From Eledone cirrhosa (Eukaryota): DNA of 64,000 nucleotides. The stretch covers positions 335,916,001-335,980,000 of the forward strand of contig OZ024740.1 in assembly GCA_964016885.1 (NCBI GenBank), read 5' to 3'. Both the position numbers and the translations under genes were made by a program. The number at the start of each line of letters is the position of its first letter. Position 1 is the first letter of the stretch. Under the pieces are notes generated by a model. That model worked only from the letters and a program-made list of their open reading frames with translations. It was not told the DNA's origin and made no database searches. Shown piece after piece: positions 38,798-50,280 of the stretch.

Positions 38798-41321
38798 GAG
38801 GTATCCTCTTGATAAGTTGGCAGACCTCGCAAGGACTCTATATCTTTGATATATTGTTTTTGTTTATGCCACGAAACTACGTAGTCGAGGAATTTAGGAA
38901 CAGTTTAGGTATGATACATTTTATTACTAATTATATCTAAATGTTTCTTCTCTCTTCATAATGTATTTTTAACTCTGATACTGGTTCAGTCTGGTTCAAA
39001 CTGAATTGGTCTGTCCCAGTCATTCATTGAGCAACATCGGTGAAGTTGGCACCCTTAACTCACAGTTGGGTGCGGATGCATTCATGTATATATGTGTGTG
39101 TCCGCATGTATCTGTGTGTTTTTAAATATATTAATAACTCCCTCTGGTCGAGCAATCTTTGAAGTGTGGGGACAACTGGAAAGCTTCCATTACTCATACT
39201 TCTCGCCTTCTTCACTACCTCTTCTACGGCCTCGATATGAATGCCCCCTCCGCCTCCGTGGTATTTTCTTCGTGGTTATAAGAGGCTTAGCTCTGTTTCT
39301 CGACCGTTATATCGCGTGACTATCTCCCCCTCCGCCTTTTGGGATTCTTTCTCACGTCGTGTAGACGCGTTCTTGAGACTAGTAAAATGAGGTATCCTCT
39401 TGATAAGTTGGCAGACCTCGCAAGGACTCTATATCTTTGATATATTGTTTTTGTTTATGCCACGAAACTACGTAGTCGAGGAATTTAGGAACAGTTTAGG
39501 TATGATACATTTTATTACTAATTATATCTAAATGTTTCTTCTCTCTTCATAATGTATTTTTAACTCTGATACTGGTTCAGTCTGGTTCAAACTGAATTGG
39601 TCTGTCCCAGTCATTCATTGAGCAACATCGGTGAAGTTGGCACCCTTAACTCACAGTTGGGTGCGGATGCATTCATGTATATATGTGTGTGTCCGCATGT
39701 ATCTGTGTGTTTTTAAATATATTAATAACTCCCTCTGGTCGAGCAATCTTTGAAGTGTGGGGACAACTGGAAAGCTTCCATTACTCATACTTCTCGCCTT
39801 CTTCACTACCTCTTCTACGGCCTCGATATGAATGCCCCCTCCGCCTCCGTGGTATTTTCTTCGTGGTTATAAGAGGCTTAGCTCTGTTTCTCGACCGTTA
39901 TATCGCGTGACTATCTCCCCCTCCGCCTTTTGGGATTCTTTCTCACGTCGTGTAGACGCGTTCTTGAGACTAGTAAAATGAGGTATCCTCTTGATAAGTT
40001 GGCAGACCTCGCAAGGACTCTATATCTTTGATATATTGTTTTTGTTTATGCCACGAAACTACGTAGTCGAGGAATTTAGGAACAGTTTAGGTATGATACA
40101 TTTTATTACTAATTATATCTAAATGTTTCTTCTCTCTTCATAATGTATTTTTAACTCTGATACTGGTTCAGTCTGGTTCAAACTGAATTGGTCTGTCCCA
40201 GTCATTCATTGAGCAACATCGGTGAAGTTGGCACCCTTAACTCACAGTTGGGTGCGGATGCATTCATGTATATATGTGTGTGTCCGCATGTATCTGTGTG
40301 TTTTTAAATATATTAATAACTCCCTCTGGTCGAGCAATCTTTGAAGTGTGGGGACAACTGGAAAGCTTCCATTACTCATACTTCTCGCCTTCTTCACTAC
40401 CTCTTCTACGGCCTCGATATGAATGCCCCCTCCGCCTCCGTGGTATTTTCTTCGTGGTTATAAGAGGCTTAGCTCTGTTTCTCGACCGTTATATCGCGTG
40501 ACTATCTCCCCCTCCGCCTTTTGGGATTCTTTCTCACGTCGTGTAGACGCGTTCTTGAGACTAGTAAAATGAGGTATCCTCTTGATAAGTTGGCAGACCT
40601 CGCAAGGACTCTATATCTTTGATATATTGTTTTTGTTTATGCCACGAAACTACGTAGTCGAGGAATTTAGGAACAGTTTAGGTATGATACATTTTATTAC
40701 TAATTATATCTAAATGTTTCTTCTCTCTTCATAATGTATTTTTAACTCTGATACTGGTTCAGTCTGGTTCAAACTGAATTGGTCTGTCCCAGTCATTCAT
40801 TGAGCAACATCGGTGAAGTTGGCACCCTTAACTCACAGTTGGGTGCGGATGCATTCATGTATATATGTGTGTGTCCGCATGTATCTGTGTGTTTTTAAAT
40901 ATATTAATAACTCCCTCTGGTCGAGCAATCTTTGAAGTGTGGGGACAACTGGAAAGCTTCCATTACTCATACTTCTCGCCTTCTTCACTACCTCTTCTAC
41001 GGCCTCGATATGAATGCCCCCTCCGCCTCCGTGGTATTTTCTTCGTGGTTATAAGAGGCTTAGCTCTGTTTCTCGACCGTTATATCGCGTGACTATCTCC
41101 CCCTCCGCCTTTTGGGATTCTTTCTCACGTCGTGTAGACGCGTTCTTGAGACTAGTAAAATGAGGTATCCTCTTGATAAGTTGGCAGACCTCGCAAGGAC
41201 TCTATATCTTTGATATATTGTTTTTGTTTATGCCACGAAACTACGTAGTCGAGGAATTTAGGAACAGTTTAGGTATGATACATTTTATTACTAATTATAT
41301 CTAAATGTTTCTTCTCTCTTC

Positions 41322-41326
<5 letters not shown>
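38796..41326 (+). mobile_element. Right tandem array (~4.3 x 591 bp) of the same unit in the opposite orientation
   Basis: Reverse complement of 36115-38645; ends at a (TA)n tract starting at 41327. Confidence 0.9.
38804..38891 (+). ncRNA. Type I hammerhead ribozyme, U3-A8 variant; identical copies at 39395-39482, 39986-40073, 40577-40664, 41168-41255
   Basis: Stem I TCCTC/GAGGA, core TTGATAA and GAAA, stem II G(T)TGGCA/TGCCAC, palindromic stem III ACTACGTAGT, GUC cleavage predicted after 38886. Confidence 0.85.
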
Positions 41327-41360
<34 letters not shown>

Positions 41361-41694
41361 TAAATAAGACATTCTTCCATATGATACGATACTTGCCATT
41401 TTCCTATGTTCAAGTTGTCGAATGTTGGTTCTATCCCTCACGAGTTGGTTAGGTAAATCAACAATAATTTTCTTACGATTATATAACTATATCGCTTTAG
41501 TTAATCTATTTAATTCTAGTAGGAGTACCCGATGCTGCTCTGGAAAGAGATGTCACCCTCGGCGGAGAATTTCCCGGACAATAACAATTGTAACTCTGTA
41601 TAGATATACAATTTGAAACAGGACGCTGTGCTGTTGCGTTTTTTCCCGATCAAATAAATAATAACTTGAAATACGTACTGGGTTCGTTATTATC

Positions 41695-41845
41695 GCAGTA
41701 TCGGTAGAGGGTCGGACGCCATGCTTTCCAGCATAGTTACGTCCCTTTACGATCTGAGTTCAAATCCCGCCGAGGGGTCGATAAAATAAAGTACCAGTAA
41801 TGCACTGAGTAATTGCTGGCCTTGTGCCTTAAGTAGAAACAGTTA
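41695..41845 (+). mobile_element. SINE, main family, internally deleted
   Basis: Box B and tail present; GTTAACTTTGCCTTTCATCCTTAC segment missing. Confidence 0.8.
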
Positions 41846-41939
41846 TCGCCAAAATTCTTTACTACGTTGTCCCATTAATAACTGAAACCAAATTACTGAA
41901 AGATCTGAGTCATTTTAATTTTATTGTTCATTTGCTTTG

Positions 41940-42580
41940 TTGATTTTATGTGCATAGACCTACAACCTGACCGCACCTCACCACCCTTAAACAAGAATAG
42001 CACACTATTAATAATCTCGTGTTCGCAGAAAATGCTAGGCCTCACCCTCACTAAGGACTTCTCGTGGCGAATACACAGCCTAAATATGGCTACAACTATA
42101 TCTAAAACACTGGTTCTTCTCTTCAGAGCCAGAAGTCTTTTCAGCCCTTAGCAACTTCTGATTCTTTACAAAGCGCAATTAAGACTCTCAATGGAGTAAT
42201 GACCCTATAGCTATGACGTTGCTTCTGCCACATACACACACATATCCTAGACCGCATCCTAAGCAATGTCTCTCACCTGACTGGCCTAGAACCACTGACA
42301 GGCACTCTCCAGTCATTGGACCATAGATGTTCTATCAATTCACTTGGTGGGTGAGGGGGGTCTGTTTGATTTTTTGCTGCTACAACGGCCTCTGCTCGCC
42401 AAATCTGCCTGGTTCGTTTACCTTCACTCAGTCATCCTTGTCTCTCGTCCTCTCATCACCCATATTTTGTATAACCTCTTAGCTCCTGTACAATACACTA
42501 CGTCCAGTTTTACCTCTCCAGAACGTCGACACTCTGGAATTCTTCCATGCAGGAATCAGGCAACAAATTTTTAAATTGAA
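41940..42580 (+). mobile_element. Decayed CR1/Jockey-group LINE ORF2 C-terminal fragment
   Basis: LGLTLTKDFSWRIH...LVLLFRARSLFSP*QLLILYKAQLR matches the CR1-type post-RT region. Confidence 0.7.
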
Positions 42581-42603
42581 CTTAAACAACATTGTAGGTA
42601 TAT

Positions 42604-42694
42604 ATATATGAACGTATATAAAACAGCTTATTTTGTCTGAGGAAGGCATAACATATTTTTAATATGATATCCCAGAAATATATGAACGTATATA
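42604..42694 (+). ncRNA. Degenerate hammerhead-like motif in (TA)n, bounded by a 17-bp direct repeat
   Basis: CTGAGGA (42637-42643), 13-bp stem II with 2 mismatches, A-GAAA, stem ATATAT-GAAC-GTATAT. ATATATGAACGTATATA at 42604-42620 and 42678-42694. Confidence 0.45.
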
Positions 42695-45098
42695 TATATA
42701 TTTATGTGTAATATGCATAGGGAAGTCTCTCTATGATGTTTTCCTTAAGCAGTGATCATGTCACACCTATCTCAGGGGTTTGATGTAGGTGTAGAGCAAT
42801 ACATAGAGAGACAAAGGGACAAGGAAGATACAAAAGAGAAATATATCGACAGAGAATGAGTACAAATGATATCTTAAATAGAATGAGGAATAAGTAGAAA
42901 AGGAAAACAAACAAAATTTGAAAAGAGGTGGCAGGGAAGGAACAACGAATGATTACATTTTAAAAATGAGAGGATAGGAGAAACGGACATACACACAAAC
43001 AATGCTTTAGAAATATATATTAAGATACTTTCAGATTTTATTCGTGTGCATGTTAGATCTTGTCAAGCACGCCGACAACAAGTATTTCATTTGTTTGATC
43101 AACGGAACAGCCAGCTGACGAAATTAATATGCATTTGGCTAATCATTTCACAGACACGTTTACCCTTAATTTAATTCCCAAGGAATTCAGTGTGTCACAG
43201 TGTTTGATAAGGTTGGCTATTTTTCTTGCTGAGTGGACTGGAGCAATGTGAAATAAATTGTCACCGATAATCGAACTCATGGCCTTACGATTTCCCCACG
43301 TCATCACATTCATGAGTATATGTATGTTGCGAGCCTTGAGATCTCCAGTTGAGGTTATATTTATAGACAGCTAGAAAAAATTGCCTTAGCATATAAGCTA
43401 CACTGCTGATGACCACATGGTAGGGAACGAACGTTTGCAGATTAATTAAAGGAATTAAATAGATTAGTATTGTAATTATTTTCGTGTTGCGAGCTAAGTC
43501 TTGAGCTAAAACTCAAGTGTGATGATGCACTCTTCTCCTGTTTCCACCAGTCTTAGATATCCTCAACAGAGTCATGTGATCTGCGCTTTCCACAGCCTAA
43601 ACAATAAGAAAAATAAGCTTAGTTTAAACTTGTAAGATACTTAATATTATAATCCAGAGATATTTACGGCCTAAGTATTACGATATCAATTTCAAACAGA
43701 GATTGAATTTGTATCGCACACTGGCACGTTGACAATATACCAATTGGGTCGTATCCATATAATATAGTGAGCTTTAAAAAATCGATTATTTGATATTATT
43801 CAAGCATGTAGTAGACAAAAACATCATATGAGAAGGTTTAAAATCAACAAACAAGGGGGATAATTCCAAATTACTTAACCAGGGTATCACATATATAACA
43901 CAGTGGGTTTACAAAATATTCAATTAATTGAGATTATTCATGCATTTAGCAGACAAACTCTACCTTTAAAATCTACTGTTTAAAATCTGAAAGGGAGGTA
44001 AGTACAATTAATCCAACAAATTGCAATTTTTGAAGAATATATACAATGTTGATGAAAGTGAATCTTGTCTTTAAAGCCAACTGTTATTAACTGCTTGAAT
44101 AATTTCAGTTAATCGAAATTTTTCAACTTCGATTAACTCAGATTATGTGAAACCCGACGATATATCTATTTAGTATGCAGAACGGTTCCCCTAAGGTATA
44201 TTCCCTAAACAATATTGTTATTAACTTGACAAATTCAATTACTTTCACGTCTGTAATTATTCCGTTCGTACTGTTGTTGATGGTGAGGGAGGGGGAGAGG
44301 GTGCAGCCGTCGTCGTCATCGTTGTGGTGTAGGTATTGGTGGTGCTAGGGTGGTGTTGTTATTGTTATCGTTGTTGTTGTTGGTGATGGTGGTGATGGTG
44401 GTGGTGATGTATGTGATTGTGAAGGGGAGGAGTGGAGAGATGCTGGTCGTCGTCATTGTCATGGTTGTGTTAGTCCGTTGTTGTTGGTGGTGGTGGATTT
44501 TCTGCAGCTGCTGCCACTACTGTTTACAACTACTACAACGACGTTGAATACCATTACCACCAACACCACTAATATTATCGTAACCAAATAGTTACACCAA
44601 CGTTAATGTCGTGAAATAAAGCTGATAACATCTTTGAAACTTCTAATTGCTGGTATGAGGCTCGTATTTGAAAATATATATAAAGAATTAATGAAATAAT
44701 TGTTTCTACTTTAGGCACAAGGCCAGCAATTATCCAGTTCATTACTGGTACTTTATTTTATTGACCCCGTAAGGATGAAAGGCAAAGTCAACCTCGGCGG
44801 GATTTGAACTCAGATCGTAAAGGGGAAATGAATTATGGTATGAGGTTCTATCACAATACAATTGTAACCTAAGCAAACATGAAAGAACAGCCGAACCCCC
44901 ACTGTCATCGCCTCCATCTCTCTGGCCCTCCCCATCTCTCCGTACGGTGAGCAAATGAGGTCCCACATGCGGGCCTCCCCTCAGCCTCGGCGGACAGAAT
45001 GGAGAAGGCGTTTCCCCGGAGGATGGCAAGGGAGAATGTTACTATTAGGGAGAGAAGCTAATGAAGCAATTTCCACGTGGTCACTGAAGCTGCTAAGG

Positions 45099-45417
45099 CA
45101 GTGGTTCTTAACCATTTTCTATCGCGGCACCCCTTGAGATTTCGAAATTCTATCCCGCACCCCTAGGCCTAGCATATAAGATAAAAAGAATTTGAATTTT
45201 CAGATCAAATTATAAACTTCTTAGCTGCTACTAATTAATTAATTAACTAATATGATTTAATTAAATAAATGCTATGTTGAAATAAAGGTAAAGATATTAA
45301 ACACTGAATAATGCGAAGTAAAATGGAAAAAGGTTGTTTTTCTAGATCTCTGCTTGCACCCCTAAGAACTGAACCTCACACCCCTTAGGGAGCCGCACCC
45401 TAGGTTAAGAACCACTG
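45099..45417. mobile_element. hAT (Charlie-like) MITE
   Basis: 15-bp TIR CAGTGGTTCTTAACC / GGTTAAGAACCACTG; imperfect TSD (TGCTAAGG / TGCCAGGA). Confidence 0.82.
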
Positions 45418-45962
45418 TGCCAGGAGTAGCATCAAAATATTTTTGAAATTACACTCTACCTTAAGACAGGAAGGATATATTCGATAATGTTTTTCTAGAT
45501 AACCATTCTCCCTCACCGAAAATAAGACAGGGTTGTTATATGTGGAATGCCTTTAATCATACGTCTGCTCGCTCAAAGCTGACTAGCAGCAGCAGCAACA
45601 ACAACAACCTCAAGAACAACAACAGCCGCTGCTGCAGCTACTACTGCTACTACTACTACTCTAAAAGCAACGTAAAATGACGCCTGCACTATTTTTCTTA
45701 TTTATCTGAGGTTGGATAACTGTTAAAGCCCAGGAAACAATTATTCTCACTGCCAATCTACAACACCAGAGTCATCTATTTAAGAAGATTTCATCTATTT
45801 AAGAAAGTTTCGACTTGGTTGTTCGACTTGCTATAAAATGTAGCCAAATTTCATCTTGTTTTATAAAACAAAAAAAGAATATGCCTGAATTATATTAGGA
45901 ATAGCAACCTAATTTCTATCTTATCACATACTAGTATCTGAAAAAAGAGAAGGGCGCACTAG

Positions 45963-46077
45963 ATAATTGTTTCTACTTTAGGCACAAGGCCAGCAATTAC
46001 CCAGTGCATTTCTGGTACTTTATTTTATCGACCCCGTAAGGATGAAAGGCAAAGTTAACCTCGGCGGGATTTGAACG
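45963..46077 (-). mobile_element. 5'-truncated SINE, main family (another at 44697-44825)
   Basis: Family core; CGCACTAGAT on both sides as a probable TSD. Confidence 0.8.
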
Positions 46078-46209
46078 CACTAGATGATGTAACCCGAAAA
46101 TGAAGGGATGAGTCACAGCGGAATGGTCTTTGATCATAAAAGTGTTCGATCAGGGAAATAAACAACGACAATAACAAATTGTATTCAAATATAGTTTCAT
46201 TCTTTTTTC

Positions 46210-46575
46210 TTCTCTTCTTCGCCCACTTAATCCTAGTAGGGTCGTGGAAACAGAGCCATCACACACTCCTTCCAGCGGGTTCTGTTAAAAGCAACCGTCT
46301 CCAGCTGATCCCGCTGGATCCCCGAGTGAGACCAGCCAAGCTCATGGATGTTATCCAACCATCTTGCTCGGGGTCTACCCTTGGGTCTCCTGCCGGTTGG
46401 TTTTGCCCGTAAATTCTGTCCAGCAATTCTTTCTTGAAATATTCTAACCACGTGCCCATAATATCGGAGCTGTAGTCTCTCATTTTGGAGAAGTTGAGGC
46501 TATACCCGGAGTGACTCTCTGAGCTCCGAACTGCGCTCTCTTATTGAGTAACGTTACACCAAAGAACCTTCGGAA
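46210..46575 (-). mobile_element. RTE-like LINE 3' fragment (relatives at ~55760-55960 and ~62770-62950)
   Basis: GRRPKGRPRARWLDNIHELGW...AFNRTRWK is the typical RTE ORF2 C-terminus; GAA-rich tail. Confidence 0.8.
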
Positions 46576-47061
46576 TAGCACCTAATTTCTAACAAGTCAT
46601 GCTGAAAAAAAGGACGCCCTAGATAATGTAATCCGAAAATGAAGGGATGAATCACAGCAGAATGGTCTTTGATCATAAAAAGTTCGATCAGAGAAATAAA
46701 CAACAATAACAAATTTTATTCAAATATAGTTTCATTCCTTTTGTTTTGTTTTTGTTTTTTTCAACTATATTTTCTAAACATGATTAAATGTTTTTATGAC
46801 TCCACCCAGGGTTGTCGCCTAAGTAAAATGTATTAGGAAGTGGCTTCAAATTAAAAATTTGCAAGTAAATTAAGAAAACGACACCCAACTCTCATAAACG
46901 TTTTTAATTTTTTTTTTGTTTCGATTTTTCTTGTTTTGTTTTGTTTTTTACTTTTTATTTTTGTATACTTTGGAAATTAAGAAGTTGTAAAAAATAATTC
47001 ATAAATTCAAGTTTTATGTCAACCATATACATGAGGAATCTCTGTAGATCCGTTCTAAATT

Positions 47062-47258
47062 CAGGCCTGCCAACCTCTAAAACCCCAAACGGGGAGTACC
47101 ATGAAAAAAATAGTACCCCAAAACGAGGAGAAATGAGGCAAAATGGAGAGATTTTACATAATGAAAGCTATACCAACTTTTACAAGAGTACACATCTCTC
47201 ACTCGCCCCAAAGAGGGTGTGACATCTTCCCGTCGGAAGGGAAGAGTTGACATGTCTG
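47062..47258 (-). mobile_element. MITE of the CAGACCTGCCAAC-TIR family
   Basis: Ends CAGGCCTGCCAAC / GTTGACATGTCTG; flanks TAAATT / TAATTT. Confidence 0.75.
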
Positions 47259-48763
47259 TAATTTACTGAGGTGATAATTTAAGATAATATTCAATAAGAT
47301 GTTGAAATTTCAAATGTTAATACATCTTCCCTAATTTCTTCCTTATTTTTGTAGATGTCAAGGGCGGTGCCCCAGCATGGCCTCAGTCGGATGGCTGGAA
47401 CATGTAAAAGAGTAAAAGAGTTTATGTTATTCTCCGGCATGATTTCACTTTTTCTTGGGATATTTGTTTTGACGAAATTCTACAGACCAAAAGGTCAGTG
47501 AATTCCTATCCCGAGTCATTGGCTCTTTTACATGGGAGATACTGGGTTTCAATGCCTCGAATCCTTTTCAAGGTACGCATTGGGAATACAAAATTCTTAT
47601 AAGCATAGACAACGTCAAAATGCATAGTTCATCTAAGATACTACACTGATGGTCGTATCTTTTTAGAACTGCAAATTAATTCCTTCAAATTCCCTCAACA
47701 CATATCTCAAACGTTAAAGATCATTAGTTATATCTGACTATTCAGCATATAATTCCTTTGTATAATATTTGTTGCTACTAGATGTTATTTGAAAATGTAA
47801 TTTTGTTGCGTCCCACTGGCAAAGAATCCTTTTAACACAGTTACTTCTGATTAACAATCCATCTTGTTGCTAAAAGGGGAATTGCTTTCAGCAACGTGGT
47901 TTAATTTATATATTTTCTCATAAGATTGTCTTCCCAGAACGGATCTGGTGAACCAAGTAATCAAAGTTAGAAAGTAGTTCTTTAGCAGCTAAGGATCAGC
48001 TAAGGATTCTTTAGCAGCTAAATGGAGAGAGTAGCAAAGGCATTTCATGGGATTCATATTTGGATTATATAATGTTATTAACGTGTAGAGAACATCATTA
48101 ACACTACAATGGTATGAAGCCCCGTTCGTTTCAAAAACAAGCAATTTTAATATTTCTTACCTCATCACTCAAAACTGTTTTCAGGACTTGTGAATAAATC
48201 AGCAGTAGTTTTTGGAACAGGAATTAATATTTACAATGTTATTTTGTCATTTATTGTAATATGTAGCACGCTCACAAGCAATATATGTTGACTCATTCAA
48301 AATCTAGTAGAACCGACTTTCACATCAATGTGTTCTTGCAGTTAAGATGGAGCAATAATACTGTTTACAATTGCTACGCAAATCAAATGCATTTGATGAA
48401 GGAATTCTTTCAATAAGTTCTCATAAATGATCAACACTATGTATACTATGTATATGTTCTGAACGAAAAGGAAAACACTTGCTTTGATTGTTCGCTTTGT
48501 TAAATGTTTTTGTTTTGTTTTTTTTTAGCTCGAATTTGAACCCTGCACACTTTTTATAAAGCATTATTGCTTCTTTTATCCAGGATTTTTGAGATGCATT
48601 AACGTAATTTGACCATTTCTTTATTGTACAATTGAATAAAATATTGGAATAGTTGAGATATCTTTATACAGACTTAGCATTATAAAACTTCGTCGGTCTT
48701 TGAGTATAAGATGACATTTTCATTTAGTCAAACAAACAAAATTAAATTGGCACTGTGTAATCA

Positions 48764-48908
48764 AGAATCGTACACTTTTTCCACATGATTGATACCACGA
48801 TGTTTCGAAGAAGCCTCGACGTGGTCGTTAGCAGGATCAAATCCAGAATCGTACACATTTTTCACATGATTGATACCACCATGTTTCGAAGAAGCCTCGA
48901 CGTGGCCG
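48764..48908. repeat. Local tandem duplication, ~81-bp period
   Basis: AGAATCGTACAC...CACATGATTGATACCAC...GAAGAAGCCTCGACGTGG occurs twice. Confidence 0.85.
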
Positions 48909-49299
48909 TATAAATTGCAGTGTCTTGCCAAAAATATCAACATACATTTTGAAATAAAATAGTAAACTAGCAAAATAAGTCAAAGAGTTTCTAAGTAACC
49001 CAAAAAGTAAAATGTAGCCCAAATCTATAAAACATAGCATTTAGTCCTAAAAGTTTGCTTAATATTTTAGTGTAACTTAATCTGGAAATCAAAACCGTGG
49101 TTTTAAAGGTAGATAACCGAAACACATAGGACGATACAAATGTTGAGGAACAGTGGAGATTTACATAAATCAAATAAACAAAGAAAAATATAGCATGATA
49201 AGAAGAAAAATTAATGACAGAATTCCCCAAAAGGAGGAAAGCACCACTCAGAGGTGATTTAGAAACTCTACAAATAGGAAATCTCCATGTTCGCCCAGT

Positions 49300-50280
49300 A
49301 TCGGAAAGATGCACATATCAAAGGATGATCACATTTGTTCACTGTTTACGAATATTTGCAAATGACTTAGCCTCAACGTTTGTTTACGCATCAATAGACA
49401 GGACATGCCGAGCCCTTCGCGCAAAGATAGTTAGCAGCAGATTGACCGCTTCACTAGTGGAACGTATTCCTTCCACAAGAAGTGAAAGTGTGGAAACTCC
49501 CATATAGTGAGACTCGATCAGGGGCAAGGGATGACGGTCAGACAGTTATATATTGCCACGCTCCTCGTCTGTCACTCGCGTTTCAGTGCACGTACATAGC
49601 TCTGAGAATGCAATCTTCGTGTCGAACAATTGGCACAGTGCCATTCTCGCAGCTAGTACGTCGGTTGCAATGTCTAATCAAATCTTTCTCCTTTCGCTAC
49701 TTCTTTGCTATTGATTCTACTTTAGTTGCTCTCATGAAAACGCAACACCACCTTTTCTTTATGGTTTTTGTCCCAGTCAACTGTCTCTTAACTAGTGTGC
49801 TTATCCGGTCTCTGCAGAATTTACGTGCCGAGACTGACGCGTTAACCTTCCAGCAATCGGATACTCGTCTAACTGTTCTATTTAGGTTGATCATGCTGAT
49901 CGCAAATTTGTGGTCTAAATATGTGGGCCTCCTAGATTTCCTTATCTGCATACCTAAGGAAAAACTATATACGATCTAAATGGCTCTATGTGATTGCTCC
50001 ATATCCTCACTGGCGCATTCGGAGTGTTTATTCGCTACATGTCAGTCGCAACTAAAGTAATCCGACCATCCTTCCCAAGTCGGGGCATAGATTGTCACGA
50101 GTCTAAAAGTACCTGCTTCTCTACCATTTACATCCGAGAAAATCGTCCGTATTTCGAGGTGCATGTAGAACTTTCTGAAATAGTATTGACCCCTCTCCTG
50201 ATATTCTAGGTCAACTATGAAATAGGTAAGTCTTAAAACGTCAAAAATAAAGTCTAGTGCGCGCATGGGAAATCCTGGTC
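49300..50280 (-). mobile_element. Decayed Tx1/L1-like LINE ORF2 N-terminus (AP endonuclease)
   Basis: FRLVTIYAPT, TWSN and YLDHK...WKVNAS motifs in the expected order, with stops and frameshifts. Confidence 0.7.

Noticed and set aside
36349-41092. Eight identical 75-aa ORFs ([10 protein letters not shown]...)
   Set aside because: By-product of the 591-bp repeat; GTG start inside a TG-rich stretch, no recognisable domain.
47500-48500. Possible Mutator-like transposase remnant on the minus strand (LLDFE, LNHVAES)
   Set aside because: Two short motifs only, no continuous frame.
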